Source: Candidatus Moanibacter sp.
GTDB lineage: Bacteria; Verrucomicrobiota; Verrucomicrobiia; Opitutales; UBA2987
Assembly: GCA_965226025.1 (NCBI GenBank)
Contig: CBDDCD010000001.1
Coordinates: forward strand, 74,104 to 138,103
DNA length: 64,000 bases
Reading direction: 5' to 3'
Below the pieces are notes generated by a model. It saw nothing but the letters and a program-made list of their open reading frames with translations. It was not told the origin of the DNA and did no database searches. This document shows, one piece after another, positions 26,472-34,207 of this stretch (its first letter is position 1; each line of letters starts with the position of its first letter). Both the position numbers and the translations under genes were made by a program.

Positions 26472-26745
26472 CGCGATTCCTTTCCTATAGCTGTCAACAT
26501 GGAAATCTCGTCATTTGGAGAGGGTTGGTCGAGCAGGTCTTCGATGCTCTTCAGGCATAGAAGTGGCTTTCTTGCAGCATTTCAAGGGTCTTTGAGGAGT
26601 TTCTATGGTAAAGAGCCTGAGAGTCCAAATGAGATCCTCAGCATCGACTTTCCTGCACACTTTCTTGTCCTTTTACGCGTAGCTTTGTCGTCGCACTTCA
26701 AAGATGGGCAGTCGCGAGCGAATCCGTCGGGCGAGGAAAGTGAGC

Positions 26746-26830
26746 TTAGAATAGCTCGAGTTGGAGGTCTTTGGGGATTGTTTGCGGGGGCGGTGGGGTC
26801 GGATGAGGCGGTTGGCTTCGGCTAGGAGTT
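26746..26830 (-). repeat. truncated and frameshifted module copy R6 (3' ~85 bp only)
   Basis: 'LAEANRLIRPHRPRK', then a frame change, then 'QTIPKDLQLELF*'. Confidence 0.6.
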
Positions 26831-27108
26831 ACACGGTCGAGTCTAACGCTCATCGAATGGAAAATTTGGAACTTGGGTATTTGTGGGACCACTGAAGCTC
26901 GGAAAATTTGGGACAGAGGGCGCGTTTCCCATGTTTCTTTTTCTACGCTTTCTCCAATATCAGGAGAATCTAAGAGCTCCTTTCCGTCATCCTCAATACT
27001 CCGCGCCATCGGCGATTCTCGTCACATTTATTCTTACCGCCATTCTGAAACGGTCTACCTGCCGATCATAAAAGTATGTAAACATTTGAATAGAAATGTC
27101 TGACAAAA

Positions 27109-27136
27109 TGGCGGAGAGGGCGGGATTCGAACCCGC
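27109..27136 (-). other. tRNA-Ser-like 3' fragment (complete T-arm, acceptor, CCA), not a complete tRNA
   Basis: The reverse complement is 'GCGGGTTCGAATCCCGCCCTCTCCGCCA'. No matching 5' acceptor or foldable anticodon arm lies in the next 100 nt. Confidence 0.6.
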
Positions 27137-27440
27137 GGAACTCACTCAGCGGAGTCATGAGGATTGCGAGCTCCCAGCAGAGCGCTATAGCCGATTAGCA
27201 GGGATGAAGGTGTGCTCGAGCTAATCTGATCAATGCGTTCCAGGATTTTGGTAACGAATGTTTCCTACCCGGGAAGGCGACTTACTTCCTCTTGAGAGTC
27301 CAGATTCTGTTAGACGGAAATCCTGCCGCCTCCCGATTTCTGGCCGGCCCAAGTGGCCTCGAGCCCAACCTTCTCGCAACGTTCGCGAGCGTTCCCCTTA
27401 ATGGGAGAATCCTGAATAGGAAGAAAAGAGTTTGAGATCG

Positions 27441-28445
27441 ATGTCACCAGGGAAGCGAATAAACGGGAAGCCAGTCTATACAGTCCGTGCGAAATCGATA
27501 ATCAACTTTAACAGCGGATTCAGGCACAAGCTACTGTGTGATGGCCTGACCTTCAGCACCGGGACGGCCTGTGCCTTCAAATGCGCGTATTGCTATGTTG
27601 GGCCGATGATGGCTCGGAATCCTCAGACTAATCTCCTCAGAGATCAGGGACTTGCGCACAGCGAAGTGGTGATCCGAAGAAAAAATCCTTTAACGATTCT
27701 CGGACAGCAGCTCTTGGATTCGAAAGGCCGAGCCAAGTTCCTGGAAGACCCGAATGACCGGAGAGTGATTTACGCCAGTCCTCTTGTTGATGTAGCAGCG
27801 AATATGGAGCTGGTACAGGAAACGATCGTAGCCTGTCGAATTATCCTGGATCTGACCCATTGGCAGATTCGCCTCCTTTCGAAATCCAGTCTGCTTCTGA
27901 AAGTGGCAGAAGGACTACAAGATGCTGACAGAAAAAGGGTCATTTATGGATTCTCTACCGGCAGCACCGACGATGGTTTGGCGCGCTCATTTGAGGAAGG
28001 AACGCCGTTGGTCAGCAAGAGGCTGAAGGCTCTACGCACCTTGCAGGATGAAGGATTCCGAACATACGGGATGATCTGCCCGAGTCTGCCTCAGAAGGAC
28101 TATCGAGCTTTCGCTGCTGATATCGCGAGAGCCATACGGTATGAGAAATGCGAGCACGTCTGGGCTGAAGTCATCAACGTCCGTGGCCAATCCATGGTCC
28201 GAACTTGCAGCGCTTTATCCCGGGGAGGGTATCCAGAGGAGGCGGAGATGTTGAGATCGGTAAGTACGGACCGGAGACTCTGGGAAGAATACGCGCGAAA
28301 CACATTCCTCGCCCATACCGATTTTATCCCTCCAGAGAAATTATGGTTTCTGCAGTACGTGGCTGAACGAAACCTCAGCTGGTGGCGAGACCAAGTATCG
28401 AAAGGCGCTGTGTTGCTTGGGAAAGCAGGACAGCAGACGAAATGA
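27441..28445 (+). CDS. radical SAM protein (SplB/DNA-photolyase-like family)
   Basis: The CX3CX2C motif is 'CAFKCAYCYV'. The size is ~335 aa. A TTG at 27432 is an alternative start. Confidence 0.55.
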   Translation: MSPGKRINGKPVYTVRAKSIINFNSGFRHKLLCDGLTFSTGTACAFKCAYCYVGPMMARNPQTNLLRDQGLAHSEVVIRRKNPLTILGQQLLDSKGRAKFLEDPNDRRVIYASPLVDVAANMELVQETIVACRIILDLTHWQIRLLSKSSLLLKVAEGLQDADRKRVIYGFSTGSTDDGLARSFEEGTPLVSKRLKALRTLQDEGFRTYGMICPSLPQKDYRAFAADIARAIRYEKCEHVWAEVINVRGQSMVRTCSALSRGGYPEEAEMLRSVSTDRRLWEEYARNTFLAHTDFIPPEKLWFLQYVAERNLSWWRDQVSKGAVLLGKAGQQTK

Positions 28446-28855
28446 TGATCGATTCCGTAGCAGAAGAATCCTCTTCCTACTGCGAAGGGAAACCAGAACC
28501 AGAACAGTCGCCCGAAAGGTTCGGAAAAATCTCTGATGGTGAACGACGATCATTGGCCGAAGTTCTCTCGATTCTTTCCGGGCAACTGGCAGTACTGAAT
28601 AGCAGTCTCTCTCGGGTTCTGGAGTATCTGCCGGAGATATCCTCTCCTCCGATCCTGGTTAACGGTAAGATGACGCAGCTCGTCACAAGGGATGAACTCG
28701 CGGTGATCCTGGGAGTTCGACCGAATACCGTCGATCGCTGGGCGAAGAATGGTACTATTCCTGAGCCGCTCAATCCCGAGAAGGGAAGGCGCGGGCGGAA
28801 GTTCCTGCGCTACGATCTTTTCACCGTAATCGATTGGATTCAGAGATACCGGTAG
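28443..28855 (+). CDS. excisionase/MerR-like HTH DNA-binding protein
   Basis: The C-terminus 'VTRDELAVILGVRPNTVDRWAKNGTIPEP' is an HTH_17/Xis-type motif. The ATG overlaps the stop of the radical SAM gene. Confidence 0.55.
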
Positions 28856-29174
28856 AGGAGAGCTTTCTGTCGAAAATTGAGCACTGCTCAAGTTGTGTGA
28901 TATCCCAACTTTTCTTCACGCTCCCCATTTGCCAGGTGTCCAGCGTGAACAGGAAACCGCTCCACTTCGCCTAACCGGAGTCTCAAATCGGTTGCGATTG
29001 ATGCGCTCTGCGGAAGACACCGACCATTCGTGCTCCGAACGGTCCGATTTCAGGGAACAAATAAGGAACAAGAATTGATGAAAACAAGCCAATTTAGGAC
29101 ATTTTAGGCCAAATCGATATTTTGAGGGAACAGTAAGATACTTTTGTAAATATCTTATTAATAGGGATTTAAAT

Positions 29175-29251
29175 TGGTCGGGCTGGAGAGATTCGAACTC
29201 TCGACCCCTTGCACCCCATGCAAGTGCGCTTCCAGGCTGCGCCACAGCCCG
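29175..29251 (-). tRNA. tRNA-Pro (anticodon GGG), 77 nt with encoded CCA
   Basis: The reverse complement folds by hand. Acceptor CGGGCTG/CAGCCCG, D stem GCGC/GCGC, anticodon stem CTTGC/GCAAG with loop ATGGGGT, T stem GAGAG/CTCTC with loop TTCGAAT. Confidence 0.9.
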
Positions 29252-29505
29252 ACAATTGAAAGTGGGAAAAGAACTTAGATCGGGGAGGGAGGGCGGTCAA
29301 GAGGAATGGGAAGAGAACCACCGAGAGGAGGAGAGCGGGAGAGGACACTGGGGCAGGGGAGAAGACCACGAATGACACCGATTTTCAAGGATTGGAATAC
29401 GGAATGTGGAACCACGAATGGACACGAATGGGAGGAGGCGGAAAAGACTGCAGATAGCGTGGAGAACGAATACTACGGATGTCTTAGATGGAGACGGATT
29501 GCAGA

Positions 29506-29547
29506 GAACCCACCCCGGTCCTTCGGACCACCCCTCCGCGGAGGGGA
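29506..29547. repeat. REP-like element, 'CCCACCCC..CCCCTCC-NN-GGAGGGG' family
   Basis: 'GAACCCACCCCGGTCCTTCGGACCACCCCTCCGCGGAGGGGA'. Confidence 0.6.
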
Positions 29548-29630
29548 ACGACCTGTTTCGGTCTGATAGGTAAGTCCAGGTAATGCGGAGCCTGCATTAG
29601 ATTGAGGTTAGCGAGTTGAGGTGGCGAGGG

Positions 29631-29795
29631 CAGATTGCAAATCTGATGCAAGCCCTGAGTCGGGTCGAAAGACCTCACGGCTACGCCCCTCTGAATAACG
29701 GAGTCTTCCGGTGGAGTAGATTAGTAATCTGCTCGGAGCAGGGTAAAGGTAGCGGCAGATTGAAAATCTGCCCCACGGGCTCCGCCCCTCCCATT
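29631..29795. repeat. two copies of a hairpin repeat 'GGCAGATTG(C/A)AAATCTGCC...CGGAGTCTTC'
   Basis: Copies lie at 29631-29710 and 29756-29795. A third copy is at 49295-49346. Confidence 0.55.
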
Positions 29796-29955
29796 AGGAA
29801 TTCTTCTCTTCACATCCGCTGCTTACTGTCCCTCTCCTGCATTCATTGCCTTCTCGAATCCGTTGGTTCCGCTGAGCGGGATTTCCCTCTTTTTCGTGTT
29901 CATTCGTGTGCATTCGTGGTTTCAAAATTCCCTCTACTTGCTACCTTGAAGCACA

Positions 29956-31374
29956 ATGAAACCAACCAACCTTCTCTTCATTCTATCGGACGAACATACG
30001 CGGGACATTCTGGGCTGCTACGGGCATCCGATGGTCAAGACGCCGAACTTGGACGCTCTCGCCGCAAGGGGAACGCTTTTCTCAAACGCCTACACGAACT
30101 GTCCGATCTGTGTTCCCGCTCGGGCCTCGCTGGCGACGGGAAGGTATGTCCACCAGATCGGATTCTGGGACAATGGGATCGCCTACGACGGCAGCGTTCC
30201 GAGCTGGGGTCATCGGCTCAAGGAGAATGGCCATGGCGTGGATTCCATCGGCAAGCTGCATTTTAAGAGTGCGGAAAACGACAACGGATTTGTCGAGGAG
30301 CACGAGCCGCTCCATGTTGTTGATGGGGTAGGGGACATACTCGGTTGTATCCGGGAGAATCCGCCTTTTCGGAAGAAGCGGTTCGGTATCCTCGAAGCGG
30401 GGCTCGGGGACTCAACCTACTTGCAGTACGACGCGTTGAACGCAGACAAGGCCTGCGAATGGCTGCAAGAGCACGTCAATGACGAGAAACCGTGGTGCCT
30501 TTTTCTCTCTTTCGCCTGTCCCCATCCGCCCTACATTTCGCCTAGACGACTCTTTGAGGACTATCCGCTCGAGGCGGTTCCCTTACCGGCCCAGTGGCAT
30601 CCTGATGACTGGCCCATGCACCCTGCCCTCGATCATTTCCGACGCTACTTCGATTTCGCTGAACCATTCACGGAAGAGCAAATACGACAACTGACAGCGT
30701 CCTATCTGGCGACGTGCACCTTTCTGGACGAACAGATCGGGCGAGTGTTGGGGCAGATGGAATCCATTGGCCTCAATGAGCGAACGCGGGTCATATACTC
30801 AACCGACCACGGCGAGAATCTCGGGGCTCGAGGACTGTTTGGAAAGTTTACGATGTACGACGAATCCGCAGCCGTGCCCTTTATCATCGCGGGACCGGAT
30901 GTACCTATCGGGGAGCGGTGCGAAACACCGGTCTCACTGGTCGACTGCTATCCGAGCGTGCTGGAGGCGGTCGGAGTCGAAGCGGGAAACAATGAAGGTT
31001 CGTTACCCGGTCGATCTCTCTGGCAGACCGCGAAGGAAGAGAATCAGGATCGTACCGTTTTCAGCGAGTATCATGCTGTCGGATCCCGCTATGCCTACTA
31101 CATGCTGCGGGATCGGAAGTACAAGTATATCTACTATGTGGAGGAGGAACCGCAGCTCTTCAACCTCCTCGAGGACCCTGAAGAGGTGAACGACCTGGCA
31201 GGGAGAGAGGACTATCGGCCGGTCCTCGATCGTTTCGAGCGGGAGCTCCGATCCATCCTCGATCCGGAAGCGACGGTGGAAGCATATGGCGGCGAAGACG
31301 CAGTGCGAAAACGCGGCGCCTTTGACAACTCACCCGTCCCCGGCGAATCGCCGAAGTTTAAGGATGTGAGGTAG
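29956..31374 (+). CDS. sulfatase-family protein (formylglycine-dependent)
   Basis: 'LFILSDEH' plus the sulfatase signature 'CVPARASLATGRY'. Confidence 0.88.
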   Translation: MKPTNLLFILSDEHTRDILGCYGHPMVKTPNLDALAARGTLFSNAYTNCPICVPARASLATGRYVHQIGFWDNGIAYDGSVPSWGHRLKENGHGVDSIGKLHFKSAENDNGFVEEHEPLHVVDGVGDILGCIRENPPFRKKRFGILEAGLGDSTYLQYDALNADKACEWLQEHVNDEKPWCLFLSFACPHPPYISPRRLFEDYPLEAVPLPAQWHPDDWPMHPALDHFRRYFDFAEPFTEEQIRQLTASYLATCTFLDEQIGRVLGQMESIGLNERTRVIYSTDHGENLGARGLFGKFTMYDESAAVPFIIAGPDVPIGERCETPVSLVDCYPSVLEAVGVEAGNNEGSLPGRSLWQTAKEENQDRTVFSEYHAVGSRYAYYMLRDRKYKYIYYVEEEPQLFNLLEDPEEVNDLAGREDYRPVLDRFERELRSILDPEATVEAYGGEDAVRKRGAFDNSPVPGESPKFKDVR

Positions 31375-31763
31375 TAGGAGAGAAAGAGAGGACAACCACG
31401 AATGGACTTGGAGCAACGTAGCCGCAACCGAAGAGAGAGACGCCCGCGAAACACGCGAAAGGACGCGAAAATGGGATGAAGACACCACGGATTCGAGAAA
31501 ACCGCGGATCAATTGGAAATGTTGGTCCAAACGGATTCGAGAAGGCATCGGATCGGGACTGGCCGTGATAAATAGCAGATGCAAGGTTACTACGTAAATC
31601 GGAGTCACCTTCTCAACTCGATCAAGTAAGTAATCATTGTAAACCCGCTCAGAACTCAGCGGAGCAAACCTCGTCCCGAACCTTGTCCATTTGGTTGCGG
31701 CTCTGCTGATTCAGATTCAACCGTGGTTTACTATCTCTTCTTCGCACCGTCGCCTTCAGCAGC

Positions 31764-33776
31764 TCATCCGAGGTTGTCCGTCTCCAGATTGAGGTATTGG
31801 AGTTCTTCCGGCGTCAGTGAAACATCGACCGCGGGTATCGAAGTCCTGGTTTCGCTGAGGAGGCGGGGGCCGAAGAGGGGGAAGGTGGGAAAGGGTTGGC
31901 AGAGGACGTAGGCGAGGGCGATGTTGATGGGAAGGACACCTTTATCCTTGGCGAGCTGAATGGCCCTATCCCGTCGCTGGAAATTGTCGTCTGAATACCA
32001 GCTTCTGACTAGTGAATTGTCCTCCAGCTTATCAGGTCCGGCGCGCTCCGTGAAGAAACCGCGGGCCTGGCTCGACCATGGAAAGAGTGGCATCTGGTTC
32101 TTTTTTAGCCATTTCCGGGATTTCGGATCTGAAGCCGCGATGCAGCCGGCCCAAACCGGTTTGACCATTCTAGCGAGGCTGAAGTTGTTGCTCAGGACGG
32201 TGAATTTTTGGAGGCCATGCTTGTCCGCATACTTGTTGGCCTCCTCGACCCGTTTTAACGACCAGTTAGAACCACCGAATGCCCTGATGCGTCCGGCGCG
32301 ATAGTGCTCGTTGAGGACTTCAACGAAATCGCCGGCCGGAAGGTCAGGGTTGTCCCGGTGCAGAAAATAGATGTCCGCATAGTCCGTATACATGCGGTCG
32401 AGACTCTCATACAATTGCTTGGTCACGTACTCGGGGAAATTCAAGGGACTGTGTGCCCCTTTGACGATGAGGACGATGTCCTCACGGATGCCGCGATTTC
32501 GGATCCACTTCCCGAGCAGTTTTTCACGCAGGCCATGGCCGTAGTGATAAGCAGTGTCGAAGCAGTTACCCCCTTGTTCGATGAAATCATCGAACATGAC
32601 GGAGGCATGGGCCAGGTTCGGCTGATTATCAGTGCCCATGACAAGCCGAGAGATCGGTTTATCCACGCCCTCGATATGTCCATACGGGATCGGTGCGTTC
32701 TGAGCTTTCTCTAGTGGTCTGCCGTGGATGGTGGGCCGCTTGACTGTCATCCTTTCCTTCGGGTATTCGAGACCAATGGCTTCGCGCCAAAGGTCGAGCG
32801 TCTCCATGTTTCCAAGGGAATCCTCCCAACTCATGGCAGGAGACTCCGTCTTCCCCGCCGCCACACACTCCGCAGCCACATCGGCTTCGAGTCCGTAAAG
32901 ATTGGGAGTTTCGCCCTCTATTTCCTCGGGACCGTCTTTTGAAGGACGAGTGAGAGTAAACGACCAGCGACCACCATCCCGAGCCGCCGTCCATGGATCG
33001 GGAACCAGGATGTTTCCCTCGGTTCCAAAGATCTGTGCCGTATTCTCCTGCCTCACTTGAACCCCGGTCGAGACCTGAGCAATGATACCGCCCGGAAAGG
33101 TAAGAAGAGCGGCAGTGTACTCGTCGACCTTCGATTCCTTGCCGATCTTGCCCGAAGCCTCGATCTTAATTGGGTTGGCGAAGGCCTCGCCTCTTGCGAC
33201 ACCCGCAATCAGGCGCGCCATCGAGACTGCGTAGCAGCCGACATCGAGAATCCCTCCCCCTCCTAAATTCCTGTTCAGCAGTCGACTCTTCAGGTTGTAG
33301 GCAGAGTGGAAGCCAAAAGACGCTCTCACCATGCGAACCTCACCGATCGCCCCTTCGCGAATCAATTCGACGATCCTATCAGTTTGAGGTGAACAGCGGT
33401 ACATGAAGGCCTCCATGAGGAAGACGCCGCTTCTATGAGCCGCTTCCGTCACTGCCATGGATTCGGCGTGATTCAGGGTGAGCGGTTTCTCGCAGAGGAT
33501 GTGTTTTCCGGCCTCGGCCGCGCGAATCGCCCAGAGAGCATGGAGGGGATGTGGCGTTGCGATGTAAACCGCCTTCACCTCGGGCGCCTCCAGGAGCTTC
33601 TCATAGGAACCGTATCGATTTGGGATTGCATACTGGTCGGCGAAGGTATCTGCCCTCTTTTGCGAGCGGCTCCCTACCGCCACCAGTTCGCCGTGCTCCG
33701 ATTCCCTCACTCCGGTCGCAAACTTCCCTGCGATCCTTCCTGGTGCGAGGACGCCCCATTTCAGCTTTTTCTTCAT
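31764..33776 (-). CDS. fusion protein: N-terminal Gfo/Idh/MocA oxidoreductase and C-terminal aldo/keto reductase (670 aa)
   Basis: The N-terminus 'KWGVLAPGRIAGKF' is a Rossmann motif. The C-terminal half has 'GGNCFDTAYHYGHG...IVLIVKGAH' AKR motifs. Confidence 0.8.
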   Translation of the reverse strand: MKKKLKWGVLAPGRIAGKFATGVRESEHGELVAVGSRSQKRADTFADQYAIPNRYGSYEKLLEAPEVKAVYIATPHPLHALWAIRAAEAGKHILCEKPLTLNHAESMAVTEAAHRSGVFLMEAFMYRCSPQTDRIVELIREGAIGEVRMVRASFGFHSAYNLKSRLLNRNLGGGGILDVGCYAVSMARLIAGVARGEAFANPIKIEASGKIGKESKVDEYTAALLTFPGGIIAQVSTGVQVRQENTAQIFGTEGNILVPDPWTAARDGGRWSFTLTRPSKDGPEEIEGETPNLYGLEADVAAECVAAGKTESPAMSWEDSLGNMETLDLWREAIGLEYPKERMTVKRPTIHGRPLEKAQNAPIPYGHIEGVDKPISRLVMGTDNQPNLAHASVMFDDFIEQGGNCFDTAYHYGHGLREKLLGKWIRNRGIREDIVLIVKGAHSPLNFPEYVTKQLYESLDRMYTDYADIYFLHRDNPDLPAGDFVEVLNEHYRAGRIRAFGGSNWSLKRVEEANKYADKHGLQKFTVLSNNFSLARMVKPVWAGCIAASDPKSRKWLKKNQMPLFPWSSQARGFFTERAGPDKLEDNSLVRSWYSDDNFQRRDRAIQLAKDKGVLPINIALAYVLCQPFPTFPLFGPRLLSETRTSIPAVDVSLTPEELQYLNLETDNLG

Positions 33777-34207
33777 AAGGTCTCGTTTCTAATTCGATGC
33801 AATCCATCGGAAATTGGTTTCTTAAGACTTTTTGGAGGGTAAGCTATTCGTATTCAAAGTTGTGGAGTGGTCCCGGTGAGCAGGATCGGGACGAGGTTCG
33901 GGACAAGGTGGCCAGGGTATTCCGCGTTGCCTTCTGAATTCGCCTTCGGTGAACTTGCGTAGGAATCCAATCAGAATTGCCCTTTTAGCTAGCCAGCTCC
34001 GAATTCAGCGTAGCAAACCTCGTCCCGAACCTTGTCTAAATCCTCGTGCATGCAAGGTAGCATCGATATCCGTGCAACCAATGAAGTTCCGACATCAGAA
34101 CTGGGCACCTTCGTAAAGCAGACAAGGTTCGAGAGCAAGGTTCGAGACGAGGTTACCAGAGGAAGTCGAAGTAACCTTCGCCCTCCAGGCAAGGGGCCAA
34201 TCTGAAC

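Noticed and set aside
19568-26830. A possible CRISPR array, because of the regularly recurring repeats.
   Set aside because: The repeats are 85-500 bp, diverged and partly coding. The 'spacers' are 0.5-2.7 kb and contain genes. No short direct repeat of 24-48 bp with regular spacing is present, and there are no cas genes.
19568-26830. A canonical integron (attC sites).
   Set aside because: I found no paired RYYYAAC/GTTRRRY cores. The nearest match, 'GTTGGGG', fails the last position. The unit has no overall imperfect dyad, is longer than attC, and no intI is in the window. It is kept only as an analogy in the findings.
27109-27200. A complete tRNA-Ser or a tmRNA on the minus strand.
   Set aside because: Only the T-arm, 3' acceptor and CCA are present. 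There is no 'GGAGAGG' 5' acceptor within 100 nt and the candidate anticodon stem pairs poorly. The discriminator G and the acceptor sequence do not fit tmRNA/Ala identity.
28916-29245. A 109-aa minus-strand ORF.
   Set aside because: Its N-terminal third is the antisense reading of tRNA-Pro, and the rest has no coding features. I also looked here for an integrase remnant and found none.
29616-30266. A 216-aa plus-strand ORF upstream of and overlapping the sulfatase start.
   Set aside because: It runs through REP-like repeats and overlaps the well-supported sulfatase frame. Its composition is low-complexity.
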